NCBI GenBank assembly: GCA_951406725.2
Contig: OX597815.1
Span: forward strand, 135,284,001 to 135,348,000
DNA length: 64,000 nt
From: Octopus vulgaris
Taxonomy: Eukaryota
Direction: 5' to 3'
In this document: one piece after another, positions 38,005 to 59,500 of the stretch
How positions within the stretch are numbered: the first letter of the stretch is position 1
Layout: every line of letters starts with the position of its first letter
Program-made: the position numbers and the translations under genes
The notes under the pieces: generated by a model
Databases searched by the model: none
Seen by the model: the letters and a program-made list of their open reading frames with translations, nothing else
What the model was told of the DNA's origin: nothing

Positions 38005-38736
38005 GAACCACTCCAATTTCAAAATTTTAAGTGGTTAAAGAAATTTAAAACAAAAGAAAATAGAAAAACAAAAAAACTATATTTAAACAAACCTCTCCTA
38101 TTCTCATACATAAGTGGTAGAAAATATTTGACCTAATACTAACAAAATAACTAAAAAGGACATTTCTCTTAACATATAACTGTATTTGCACTATTAACTA
38201 ATACAGTCACCAATTTTTGTCCTTGAGTTTATGAAGCTTCAATGAAGGATCCACTTATATTGACGCGCCCAAAATGTTGCACTAAGTAATGCATTGTTCC
38301 ATGTGATACTGGAAACCTGTCACCATTTCTCACCACATGGAAGCTGAGGACAGAAGGCAAAATTTGAACACAGAATGCAGAGAACTGGAACAATACCATT
38401 GACATCCCATCCAATACTAAAAGTTTCACTAATCTACTGCTTTGGCTTGATACATATTTATTGGCCTTGAAAAAAATGGGAAGGCGAAGTTGGTCTTTGA
38501 TTTGAACTCAAACAGCAGAGAACCAGAACAAACATTGCAAGATATTCAAACAGAGAAAATTTCCTGCCATTAATAGCATAGTTACCAATATTTGAAAGAA
38601 ATTGTGGAGCTAGGTTTATGAGTTTTTAATATATTTCATTTTTGTAATATATTTTAATATTAATATCCTTAATATATTTCTATATATTTGTTGTGCAAGA
38701 TTTTTAATGTGAAGTCGTGTGTTGAAACAGATATTG

Positions 38737-38847
38737 TTATATTTCGGAATGGTCATTTTGCCAGTTTAGCCAATAAAAGTAACACCAAATATATAGTGCG
38801 TGTGTTTTTATTGGCTAAACTGGCAAAATGACCATTCCGAAATATAA
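38737..38847. repeat. Perfect 42-bp inverted repeat with 27-bp spacer
   Basis: ttatatttcggaatggtcattttgccagtttagccaataaaa (38737-38778) is the exact reverse complement of 38806-38847. Confidence 0.95.
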
Positions 38848-39486
38848 AAATACTTAATATATTTCATTTTCTTCAACTGATTCCATATTTTGTACAACCT
38901 TGTATCACTACATTGTGTTTACCATTGAACTAGTAGCCCTTTGCATCTATACCTTGCTCAGCATATGTCCAAATAGGTTGTGACAAAAGATACTAAAATG
39001 CCTAATAATATAATTCCTATTCAGTTTTGCTTTGAAATAATTGATAAAATCAAATCTAGACTTCTTAGCTTCAGTAGTTACCAAGAAACCACAGCAAACA
39101 AGCAAGCAAGCAAACAAACTGAGCAAAAGCAGTGACACCTAGTTGAGTATGTTGATGCAATGTTAGATCCAAAGAATGATGGAAATGGTGAACAACACTT
39201 GCACAAACAACTGCATATTTGCAAAAATGATGTTGGACATGCAAACATAAGAAAATACGATTATAAAATCATATTAAAAAGAATGCAATAAAAAAAAAAC
39301 TGATCTTAAGAATTAAGATCATCTGTTTGGAAGCCTTGACAAGTAACATAATATTTCTAAACTAAACAATCAAAGGAGTGTGTGTACACACATCTGCTTC
39401 CTCCTCACCCACTTCGAGATTATCATCAGTTTGAATGTGCTTGCTTCTACATCACCACCACTACTTCAGCATAGATTGGATAGAAA

Positions 39487-39748
39487 TGTGTGTGTGTGGG
39501 ATAGTGGTGTGCATGTATGTGCGTGTGTGTGTATGTGCGTGTGTGTGTGTATGTGCGTGTGTGTGTGTATGTGCGTGTGTGTGTGTGTATGTATGTATGT
39601 GTGTGTGGGGGGGGGGGTAGTGGTGTGCATGTGTGTGTGTGTGTGTATGTGTGTGGGGGTAGTGGTGTGCATGTGTGTGTGTGTGTGTGTGGGGGTAGTG
39701 GTGTGCATGTGTGTGCGTGTATGTGTGTGTGTGTGTGTGTATGTATAT
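39487..39748. repeat. Compound (GT)n microsatellite with four ggg(g/a)tagtggtgtgcatg interruptions
   Basis: Seen directly. It explains the VCVC/HTHT spurious ORFs. Confidence 0.9.
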
Positions 39749-40598
39749 AAGTGCACACACACTTGCAAGCTACATGTTGCAGTTTCAGTGAATGCCTAAG
39801 TTCATGTACATGTCTGTGTTTGAATGAGCGTATTAAAGATAGATGTATCAAGCTTCAATAAGTGTTAGTGTGGGTTATGAAACAGCTATCAGACTTTCAG
39901 TGAATGCATATTTATGTACGTATGTGTTTGTCAAAAATACACATAACAGTTTGAGTGAGTGTATAAGTTTTCTATATGTTCCTGTGCACACGTGTATGCG
40001 ATTCAAGCATACATATAATGGTTTAAATGAGTACAAGTTTGTAAACAAGAAAGGGAGAGAGTGAAGACAGAGAGGGGGAAGTGGAGTGTAAGCATACAGT
40101 CATTACAAAGTTTACAGTTACATAATGGATGAATGAGATAAAACTGTCTTGAACAGACATGAAATAACTAAGGAGATAATAGATTGATGTTCTAAACTGA
40201 ACAGTCAATTCTAAATATATTAGTCGCTTTCCCTTACCTCTGCCTCTTGAGAACAGGGGGCTAGACTTGCTGGGAATAGCTTAATAGGACAACAGATAAT
40301 TCAGTAATGAACACATATGACAATTATATGTCAAGAAATTGACTTTATTGCAAGTAAAACTAAACATTTGTGCTTTAATTGTTGCTAGGACAGCAAACAA
40401 ACAGAATTGGTAGTGTCAGTAAATTTGCAGCCAATTTTTTTTTTTAAATATTATTATTGAGTGACAGAGCAATGCATGCCATCAAAGTGACACTAGGGTA
40501 AAAATATACAAAGCCCACTTTACCCATCAGGACCACCAAGCAGATAAGAGTACACTAGGTACATGCATCACAACTATATGTGCATGACACGGTGATCT

Positions 40599-42140
40599 CA
40601 TCATCATCATCGTTTAACATCTGTTTTCCATGCTGGCATAGGTTGAACGGTTTGACTGAGGTCTGGAGAGCCAGCAGCTGCAGGAAGCTGATCTGGCAAT
40701 GTTTCTACAGCTGGATGCCCTTCCTAATGCTAACCATTCCAAGAGTGTAGTGGGTTCTTTTTATGTGCCACCGGTACGGGAGGCAGTCAGGGGGTACTGT
40801 CATTAGCCATGTTCAGATGGTGCTTTTTTCTATGTCACAGGCACGGGGTCCAGTCAGATAGTCCTGGCATCAATCATGTTTGGATAGTGCTTTTTACGTG
40901 CCAACAGTACGGGAGCCAGTCAGAGGGTACTGGCATTGGCCATATTCGGATGGTGCTTTTTATATGCCACCAGCACAGGAGCCAGTCAGGGAGCACTGAC
41001 CACAGCTATGATATTGCTTTTACTTGACTCAACAGGTCTTCTCAAGCATATCACATCATTCGATGCATCAGGAGTACTCTCAACTAGGCTGGACATGCAT
41101 GGCTATGATCTCACTTTAGTTGCTGGGCCTTCTTAATCACAGTATATCTCCAAAGGTCTTTGATCTCCTGTCATTGCCTCTGTGAGGCCCAATGTTTGAA
41201 GGTCATGCTTCACCAACTCATCCCATGTCTTTCTCTGTCTAATTATTCTACCCACTACACCCTCAGAGCAACTACCCCCACTACAGACTTGGTCACCTAG
41301 GTAGGGGAAGCTATTAACAACTTCTAGTTCCTCCACCTGGCATGTGAAGGAATCTATTTTCTGTACATCTTCAGTGTTTATTACCCCTGTGTATCTACCA
41401 AACACAAAAACTATCTTCCTGGTTAACCTTCCCTTGATATTGCTGTACCTTTAATGTGTCCATAGCTTACAATGGGTACATTGTATGGAGTTTCTACACA
41501 TATCTTTTCTACAGATCGAGCAGGGCCATCTACCCAAAAGGGTTTGTGATTTGACAGCTTTCCTACTTACTAAGACTTTGGTTATTGCTAAGTTAACCCT
41601 AAAGCCCTTCAATTCTAGACCTTGCTTCTACACGCTAAATTTTGTCTCTAGTTCTAGCAGTGACTCAGCTATTAGAGCAAGGTCATCAGCATAGAGGAGC
41701 TCCCAAGAGGGCAACATCATCCATGCAGACACATTTCTCTCCTGTGACATCACGGTTTTGTCTTGCATGGTGTCTCGAAATCTGAAATATTTCAGTTCTT
41801 TGGTCTTTGCGTCTCTGATTGGCAAACTTCTTTTCTGCTACTTCCTTGGCTATATATACCTGTCTCCTAGCTTCCCTTTTGGCTATCTGATACAGTCTCC
41901 TCCTACCCCCACTCTTCCAGGCCTTCCAAGCCTTTTTCTTTGCTCTAATGGCCCTGTCTACAATATTGTCCCACCACCATGTTATCCTCAGTCTGGAAGG
42001 GACTTTGCACCAGGCACAGATTTGGTCTGTGGCACTCAACAAGCTGTGTTGCAGGAATTCCCAGCTGCCTTCTATGTCACAGGACCGCAGATTTTGCAGT
42101 GGGAACCCAGTTAGAATTTTCTTCAGGTCAAGTAGCCCAT
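40599..42140 (-). mobile_element. Internally deleted RTE LINE (ORF remnant, UTR repeats and (GAT)n tail)
   Basis: Minus ORFs include ITWWWDNIVDRAIRAKKKAWKAWK, WELLYADDLALIAES (RT YADD motif), LEVVNSFPYLGDQV and RQRKTWDELVKHDL. The 3' UTR with ~4 units and the tail span 40599-41130. Confidence 0.9.
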
Positions 42141-42764
42141 CCTGCTCAAAAAAAGTTTCTGAATAAGGTTTGTGGATGATGAACAAAACACACAAGTTTC
42201 CAAAGGTGAATTTTTCAAACTCCCAGAAAATTTTCCTCACAACATGGCTAAGCTGCTCCCCAACTATTCTTGCTTAGAATCAGAGATGCCCATATCATCA
42301 ATCACTAAGGTCAAGCAACTGACAAACAAATCTGTAGTACTAAGCAGAATATTTGTTGTAACCCATCTTTTACACCAAGACAAAACATGTACATGATATC
42401 ATATACTTAGCAATTCGTTCCAACAGTAAGTACCAGACATATACTGTTTTTGATTTAACCATACACATATTTCTTCCCACCAAACTTGTAGTTTTCTGCC
42501 AATACAATAATTTTTTATAACATCTAACAAACTTAGTTATATTGCATTATTTTTCATTTAAAATTATTCCAGGGTTATTTGTCTTGCCTCCCTCATGGTT
42601 CAGTAAAATAAGCCCCAGTTAAGTATGGGAGTCAATACTATTGATAATGATTGTACCCGCCTCCAAACATTATGGCTGCATGCCAATGTAAGAAATCAAT
42701 ATTATCAACAACACCCTTTTCCTTCCCTATAAACATGTGGCCTTGTGCCAGAATTATATAATTC

Positions 42765-42975
42765 ATTAAGTTGCAGAATTGTTAGTCCATCAGGTAAAAA
42801 AAGCAGTATGTTTTTCAGCTTTATGATTTGAGTTCAAATCCTGCCAAGGTCAACTTTGCCTTTCATTTTTTGGGAGCTGATAAAATAGATACCAGGTGAG
42901 TACTGGAGTCAATTAGTCCTCTCTCCCAAACTTGAAGACCTTGTACCAAAATTTGAAGCCAACATCATTATTATT
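42765..42975 (+). mobile_element. Nin/Deu-domain SINE
   Basis: gagttcaaatcctgccaaggtcaactttgcctttcat...gataaaatagataccag. Confidence 0.7.
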
Positions 42976-43029
42976 GAGTTATTTCAGTGTAATAGTGCTT
43001 AACCAGAATAATTTGTCCTTGTGAGTAAA

Positions 43030-43435
43030 CTACATCCAGGAGCTTTTGGTCTCTTCATATGATCTTTGCTGTTCCAAGCAACATAGCTTTCACAGCAGCT
43101 CCATATTACTTTTGAAATCTAACTTATCTAACCATGATTTGAGACTGGGAGTTGCCATTCTGAACACACCAAATACAATTGGAGCTGTACTCATTTCCTC
43201 TAAGTTCCATATGTGTTTTCAGTTCTATTCTCACTTCTTTACTTTTCATATTATTGTCTCTGGGGATTTCTATCAATAATGTCACATTTTCCATTTTCCT
43301 TGTGTTATCATATGGTTGGTTTATATGTTAAAGCCCCAGAGAATTATAACATTGGTATTTTCTACGATTTTATGAGGATTGTGGTTATACCATTTGACTT
43401 AACCAATAAGGCCATTTTTTTGACATACGGTGAAT
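43030..43435 (-). mobile_element. R4/Dong-like non-LTR retrotransposon 3' remnant (restriction-like endonuclease)
   Basis: Minus translation gives KWYNHNPHKIVENTNVIILWGFNI..KPTI..HKENGKCDIID...HIWNLEEMSTAPIVFGVFRMATPSLKSWLDKL. This matches the WYxHxP..VEN..ILWDF / RPD..C.IID / P.V.GA.G pattern of RLE-type LINEs. Confidence 0.7.
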
Positions 43436-45556
43436 GATCCCGACAACATTTTGGGACTTTTTGATGTCAACCCCTGCTCAGTGATAATCATCTTTCCCAA
43501 TCTTTTCACCTAGAGCATTAACCTTCTAAAATCTTCCTGTCCTCATGTTTTTCTTAAAAACCATTTACTTGCAATTATCAAAAATATAAATCAACCACAA
43601 CTATTTCACGTAGGGAAAGAGGTGCCATGTAGATGTATATGCCAAATACAACATTTGAACCTTTGATCTGATGTCATAGATTCAATTTCTCCCTTTTACA
43701 TAAAGAGACAGATCACTCCAACTACACTGCTACAGTATTTTACATGCTCAAGCATTTTCATAACAGCAGTGTACTTTTGCCCAATGGCTCTTTTTAAGAT
43801 GTACAATAAGAACAAAAACCAACAGCATCTCAACTTTCACATGCAGAACAATCTTATGACAGCTACACATTGAATCATCTCAGATAATGTAAACTAAACA
43901 TTCAAGAATATGGCCACTATTGTCATCTATTATTTGCTCCTTGCAAGCTACAATCAACCCAATGAATTTCAATTATAAAAAGGATACATTTGACAAAAGT
44001 ATTTACAAACACAAAGACAAACAAATGATTATAATCTCCTGAGTCTGGTCAAAATTTAATTTCTCTAAACTTAGCAATGTCTGTGGCAGAAAATGCTATT
44101 AAAATATATTAAGAATGTAGAATTTTCAGATACAACTAACAGAATCTTGGACTGAAATATCAATTATTTTCATTCATATTTTTCAGCACTATCAATAAAT
44201 TAATGAGATACTACAACTATAATTGAAATTTTTAAAATTTTAACTCCAACTTTGATGCAAAAAGAAAACTTTTTTTTTTATCAGCAACAGACATTTCACA
44301 TATAGCAAAATAACCAAATAAAGAATCAATAAAACTGATCCATACTACCATTAACACCTACAATCATATCCTGAGCCAACGAAAGAGCCTCTACTCAGTT
44401 TCACAACTTGCTAAATTTAGCTAAATCTCTCTCAATTTACAACCTACTGCCTTGAAAAAAAAAAAACATATTAGATACACAATATCAGAATAAAATAGGA
44501 AATCATTACAAATGGAATTCATTTTGTCATTGATCTGTTTGATCAAAGCTGACTTGAAGTTGAACAACAATAGCATTATCAACAGTTGCAGTATCCCCAG
44601 TACCACATCATAAAGGTTAAAAAAGTTGACTACACCACGTCCCCAGTTGGCTAAACTTATAGAATTATCCAGAAGATAAGTTAAAAGTAGAAGTGAGAAA
44701 TCTATATGGATAAAGCATTGAATTACCAACTCCTTGGTTATAATTTTTTGCAGTGGTTTCATTGTTGTTTCTGGGTAGAACATTTGATTCTACATGCTAC
44801 AATTCCCCTAATTACTGGAATCAGATTACCAAGTCATATGGATATGTTTAATGTGTTCTATCTAAGAGAGAATCCATTTTCAACATTTAATTCTATGAAA
44901 ACCAAGTACCAGCTTTTAGAAAGCCTTTGTAGTGCATCGTAAGGCATACAGGAAAGTTCAAAGGTGTTACAATAAGTGCAATATTCCTATTTGCTTAAAA
45001 TATCTGCTGAAAAACTTCCAGCACAATCTTGGTCCACCACACTTGGGTAAGTTATCATCATTAGATAAGCTATGGTATTCAGCCTTGAGTAAGCTGTACA
45101 TCATTGGAGAAGTTAAATTAAGTTCTGCATGTTAATGAAACAGTAATTTTAGAGTGCTGACACTGCTTACAGCAGCTGTAATATTATGGGCATTATCTAC
45201 CACTAAGTGGACTGTGTTGCATTTGTAACTAAAACACTTAGCTCTTAACAATGGGGTCTGCTAGTTTGAAGCAGGTATTGCAAATGGTACGATTTCCTGC
45301 AATAATCACAGAAGTTGTAATAGCACCATCACTACTCTGAACATATTATCACAGAGTGTAGAGATGAATTCTTTTTACAGAAAAACTTACCTGGAATAGA
45401 TTAGCCCCACCCCTCCCATTCAAAGGAACATTTATTTATATCTCATCTCATTCACTTATATACAGAAACCAGATCTGAACAATGACTCTATAAAAATTTT
45501 AGCTATTAGACATTACTGGTGATAGAATTTGAACCCTTCTCTCACTTTTTCTGTAC

Positions 45557-45960
45557 AAGCAGAAGTGGCTGTGTGGTAAGTAGCTTGCTAACCAACCACA
45601 TGGTTCTGGGTTCAGTCCCACTGCATGGCATCTTGGGCAAGTGTCTTCTACTATAGCCCCGGGCCAACCAATGCCTTGTGAGTGGATTTGGTAGACGGAA
45701 ACTGAAAGAAGCCTGTCGTATATATGTATATATATATATATATGTATGTGTGTGTTTGCGTGTCTGTGTTTGTCCCCCTAGCATTGCTTGACAACCGATG
45801 CTGGTGTGTTTACGTCCCTGTCACTTAGCGGTTCGGCAAAAGAGACCGATAGAATAAGTACTGGACTTACAAAGAATAAGTCCCGAGGTCGATTTGCTCG
45901 ACTAAAGGCGGTGCTCCAGCATGGCCGCAGTCAAATGATTGAAAACAAGTAAAAGAGTAA
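45557..45960 (+). mobile_element. Full-length, young tRNA-derived SINE
   Basis: A box gtggctgtgtggtaag, B box gggttcagtccc, internal (TA)n(TG)n linker, most CpGs retained, tail aacaagtaaaagagtaa. Confidence 0.9.
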
Positions 45961-46671
45961 GCAATATTGCTGAAGAAATTTAGAACCTTATGAGATACAT
46001 TTGCTAAGTTTCTAAACAGACTGAAGACAACTCTCAATTATGCGGCATATTGTTTTCTAATTAATTGTAGCAGCTGTTGTGGTGTTGGATAGCTTAGGAC
46101 AGTGTGTGGCGTGGCGTAGCACCATTTGATATATAGGGGTATGATGCATACACATCTTAGAGCACTTGTTTCTCTTTCTTCACATTTTTCTTCCTTCATT
46201 CTATATTTCTTATTTTATTTTTCCCGTTCATTTTTGACTGAAAGTGTTTTATTTGAAAACATTTTTGTTTTGTTTTTTTGTTTTTTTTTTTCTTTATGTA
46301 TAGATATCATTATACGCTAACTCATCACTTTCCTCTTTACATCTTTATCCCTGTCTCTATCTCACTCTGTTATTTTCATTCCTCTGTTTTTCTCTTTTTT
46401 TTCTCTCTCTCTCTCTCTTGTCCAGATTCAAAGTTTAACTGACAATCTTTTTATTTATTTATTCATTTTTTCTGTCTATTTGCGTCTGTTTCTCTCACCA
46501 TTATAAATAGGTACAAATCTGTTTACAGACAGACAGACGCACGCACACCACCACCACCACTACCAGTAAGGAGAAACAAATATATTTATAGTTATATAAA
46601 TAAACATATATTATATAACTATGTATACAAAATAAACATTCCTACATGCACACACCAACATATATAATCAT

Positions 46672-46706
<35 letters not shown>

Positions 46707-47710
46707 TATACACAACACATATATCAACATAAAATGCACCCAGCTGCACACATCTGCACAGCAATACAGACGCTGATTAACACCAATGTGCGCACACACA
46801 CACACACACACACACATGGATACATAACAAATATTGCAGCAGTACTGAGGCAACACATGCAGTAGTACTTATGCACCAGTTTTATTTAGAAATGTACTAA
46901 CAGTGCATATGTACTATTGCACAGTTGCTGTAACTACTAGTGCTGCAACTACAAGCGATGCAGTAAGTAACAGTGACAGAAATACTGGTGTACCAGTGCT
47001 ATTTATATAACATTACACTAACGTTGCAATGTTATGAGGAGTACTCAAAAAAATTTCTACATCCCTCCTTTCTATAAGATCGGCTCGATACGAATCAAAA
47101 ACGATCACCCAGGTCATTAAATAGCAACAACAGTGATAATGATTGCAACAAGTATAGCAACGCACACATACATCTCAACTGAAAAGTTCACTGCCTCACA
47201 CTGTCCACTGGTTTCGTCCTAGACAAGAATCTTTAGGTTCATTAGGATGAAACCACTGGTGACTGAGAAGCACTAGACCTTATTAGTCTCACAAATTTTT
47301 ACGCTACCAATGCACAAAGTTCTGTCCTTCTTGGAGGTAGTAGAAAATAATAATACACTACTGACTGTTCTCTAGTGCATGCATGTTTATGTTTAATGGT
47401 GTAAATAAGCTTGTTGAGATGCATCTTTTGCATTAAAAACGATGCAGATGATGATGTAAGTTTGTACAGGAAGGGGGCAAAGTTCCTGGCTTTAAGGGTA
47501 TCACAAAAGGGTAAAGATGTTACCTTTACTGGGGAGGTAGAACAACTATTTATATGTATGTGTGTATATATATATACATCAAATTCTATCATTTGATGTC
47601 AACACAAGAAAACAATAAGACACTAACACACATAAAACAGGCACATATATATAAATGGCTACCACCAAATCCATGTGGTTGGGAAGAAAACTTTGTAAAC
47701 ATATACTTTT

Positions 47711-47964
47711 ATCATCATCATCATCATTTAACGTCTGCTTTCCATGCTAGCATGGGTTGGACGGTTCAACCGGGGTTGGGAAGCCAGGAGGTTGCACCAG
47801 GCTCCAGTCTGATCTGGCAGTGTTTCTACAGCTGGATGCCCTTCCTAATGCCAGCCACTCCGTGAGTGTAGTGTGTGCTTTTTATGTGCCACCGGCACAG
47901 GGGCCAGAGGAGGCTGGCAATGGCCACAATCGGTTGGTGCTTTTTACGTGCCACCGGCACGGAC

Positions 47965-47966
<2 letters not shown>
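47711..47966 (-). mobile_element. RTE LINE 3' UTR fragment
   Basis: (CAT)n plus tttaacgtctgctttccatgctagcatgggttggacgg and two UTR units. Confidence 0.85.
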
Positions 47967-48000
<34 letters not shown>

Positions 48001-48001
<1 letters not shown>

Positions 48002-48250
48002 TTTATTAATAAAGCTGCAAAGACATTACAAAAATTGTTACTCAGAGTTTCATGTTCCCATGTTCCCGTTTAGCTGACAGTTTTGGTTGAGAATAAAACA
48101 ATATATATAACCATATTTTGTTCCACTGTCAACCAAAACTCTTCAATGAATGAGAATTTGAAACTGAGTAACAGTTTTGTGATGTCTTTGTAGCTTTATT
48201 AATAAAGCATATTACTCTACCTCTGGTATTTGAGTACTAGTTTTTTCACT
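48001..48250. mobile_element. Inverted pair of PLE pseudo-LTR-like repeats with decayed hammerhead-like motifs
   Basis: 48001-48100 and 48116-48207 are diverged reverse complements. Each arm has aaaact(g/c)t-[decayed core]-GAAAC(tc)TGAGTA-aca(g/a)tttt. The hammerhead/PLE assignment is inference. Confidence 0.45.
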
Positions 48251-48267
48251 CTGGTATGTATACATAC

Positions 48268-56402
<8,135 letters not shown>

Positions 56403-56502
56403 NNNNNNNNNNNNNNNNNNNNNNNNNNNNNNNNNNNNNNNNNNNNNNNNNNNNNNNNNNNNNNNNNNNNNNNNNNNNNNNNNNNNNNNNNNNNNNNNNN
56501 NN
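56403..56502. other. Assembly gap (100 N)
   Basis: A run of exactly 100 N, typical of a scaffold join of unknown size. Confidence 0.98.
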
Positions 56503-59500
56503 ACACATGTAAGAGGTGTGTGTCAAGAGGATTTCTTCCGGGGGGGGGGTAGGAAACTGTTTTAACTGCTGAATACAGGGGATAATAATAATAACATTGT
56601 ATGGTGGCGTAGTGTAGAACAAATAAAACTTCATAATGACTTATGAAACTATCTATCGGTATCACCAACACAGTAGATGGGGGGGGGGGGGGGAGAAGCT
56701 AGATGAAGAAGAGGAGATAAAGGGTAAAAAACACAGCAAGCAGAACAAATTAAAATAAAATAAAATAAAACCCAAAACAGAGACAAGCAATTTATTTTCC
56801 AGATTCTACCCAAAACAGGATATCTTGTTCTCTCTCTCTCTCTCTCTCTCACTGTGTATGTAAACAGAAGAGTGATGATGGCTGCAGTAATGGTGGTCAT
56901 GGTAGTAGTGGTGGTGATGGAGATGGTGATGGGGTAGAAAGTAGAGATGAGGTAGATAACACAATGCTATAGATATTTTAACCTTTGCATAGGATTAATA
57001 GACATTCCACCACAACTAAGTTGTTTTCTTGTTATTGTTGAATAACCCTATTAAGTTTTGTTTAAGCAGACTTTCTGGCAAGAGGTAGGAGCGAAGATAC
57101 AGTTTTTTTTATGAATTTTTTGCTTTGGTTATTAGATCCGTGTTGTGGTGGGGCAATATAGTTCTTAAGACTTCAGTTTTTAACTCTTCACAAAAGCATG
57201 ATAACTTAAGATACTCAGATGGAGATGGGTTTGGGGAAGAATTTAATCTATTGAAGAAGATTTGGCAGTGGCATATATGGAAGAAAGTTAACTACCAACA
57301 AGAAATTTTTCATTCATTCACTGTTATTTTTGGTGGTGGTGCTGTTGTTGTGGTGTTGGTGATACTGCTTTAATAAAAACAGCCAGAAGGAAATTTCCAC
57401 ATGGTCACTTAAACAGCAAAGATTAGCAACCAAATCTGCCTTAAATCACACCTCCAACTGTTTTTTTCTTTTTCTTCGAGAAAATGGCAAGGTTAATTTG
57501 AATAATGTAAGTCCTAGATACCTCTAAAATGTTGAAATGTTCACAAACAGAATGCCTTTGAAAATAAATCAGTTAGATCAGATCTGATAAGTAGCTGATC
57601 AAGAACTAGCCAAGAGAAGAACTGTATAATCTGTTGAAACTGTAGTAGTAAGATCTCCTTCATCAAACTATCTCATCCACTGCCTTTAGAGTAGACACCA
57701 CATGTTTAGCATGCTAAATCTCATCACAGCATGTCTGCAATTAAGGCTGAATGACAAATTGAGATGTGAGTAGAGTGGTGAGTAGAGTGGTAGAGTGTAG
57801 TTGTGAGAATGGTGGTGTAATACACTTGGCTACGATTAATATGCTAAGAAGATGTGGTGATGTAAAAACAACATAAGAGATGTGAGAGTGGTTGTAGTAT
57901 GTATAACTTTCAAGGTGGGGATGGTAGTTGTGGTAGGGCTATAATATAGGGGGTCACTGCAATATTAACGTGGGAGTGAAATGTACTGGTGTAATGCTAG
58001 CTCTATAGATCTGGTCATTTTTGCATGATGAGATAGTTGGTTAGTAGCAGTGGTCAGTGGAGTATTGTGATGTACTTTACTATGGCTGTAGTTTAACATC
58101 AGGTAAAACTCGAGTGAGGAGACCTATGACCAAAGGTGCTTCATTGTTTTTTAAGGTTCAGCATGATTTAAAGAAGTTTTGCTGATATTTCTAGCAAGTT
58201 GAAAGATGATGTAAGTAATGACGTAAGGATTTACCTCTTTTGCTCATTTTCATTATTACTGTGTGCCAGTTCTGATCCAACCATACATATGAATAAAGGT
58301 TATGTTTTGATTCTTAAGTTTACCTTATGCATTTGGAAGGTAGATGGGCCTGCAGTATTAGAATCTCAGTGATTTGTTGTTGATTATACCATATTCACAG
58401 GTATGTCAATATTTCTAGGTTGCTAGTTATATAACCTGCAAAGATTAAGTAAGGGTAAATATACTTAGAGTACTGCTAAACCTCAAGTGACTTTTAAGGG
58501 CTGGAACATAATTTGGGTTTCATAGTTCTCAATGAGTGGGAGATAAATTTCTCTTTCAGTAGAATGCCCTTCTGGTGCAGCTAACATTCCCAAAAGATAT
58601 AGCATCTATTTCCAGCAGCTAGATAAAGTGATTCAATATAAAACAAAGTGTTCTGTTATGATAAACAATGAAACACCTGTCGGAAATTTATACCGATGAC
58701 CTATGAACAAGCACTTTAATACCATACCAATTCAGACACCTTCTGTGTAAACTGATTTATATTTTATTCTTATATTGGTTTTAGTCAATGGACTGTGCTC
58801 ATGTTAATGCACCTCTTTCAATGGTTTTTGTTGATTATATCAATCTCAGTCTCTTGTCTAGTATTTATTTGATTAAATTCATATAGTATGAAAGGTAAAT
58901 CAGTTTTAGCATAAACAGGCTTAACTCACACGGAACTAAATACAGCAAGATATTTTTGTTTGGTGCATTGGTTTTGATCATTTTATATTAATACAAATAC
59001 ATGTGTGTGTGTGTGTGTGTGTGCATGTATACAAACACAAAAGGTTAGTGCACAATTTTCAAATTTAACAAGTTTACATAAAACGTCATATTTTGCATAA
59101 CTATAGGCTGCACAGTAATCACATCTTCACAAGGAAATAAAAATATTAAAGATGAAAGACCAGCTGATGATGTAAGGTACACCATTTTCTATTTTCATCT
59201 TCATTTATTTTTTCCAAATACTCAATGTCTACACAAATGTAGAAACAACATCAAGAAGCAAATGCATGGCCAATCAACCTAAGAAGGCAACAGCCATAAC
59301 TCCCTCACATCTTATAACCAAAGAATTGGATAATGTAGTCTTAGATACAGTGTCTGAAAAATGAATAAAATGGGAAGGGGACAGCTATAATAACTTTGAT
59401 CACAGGTCTGCTCAGTCAAGGGTAACTTGAAGCTGATCAACAACAAAGAACACAAAATAGTGTCTTGTTTATCTAGGCTGTGTTTAATTATGAAAAGATT

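Noticed and set aside
39380-39851. Overlapping Cys/Val- and His/Thr-rich ORFs
   Set aside because: They are translations of a (GT)n compound microsatellite.
45391-45475. Minus-strand segment ending in a strong donor (ccag|gtaagt)
   Set aside because: It has stops in all three frames from the nearest acceptor, so at most it is a non-coding exon, and that is unsupported.
45557-45630. tRNA gene (A/B boxes; also 20461, 24550-24627 and 30590-30664)
   Set aside because: These are tRNA-derived SINE heads followed by SINE bodies, without a proper cloverleaf.
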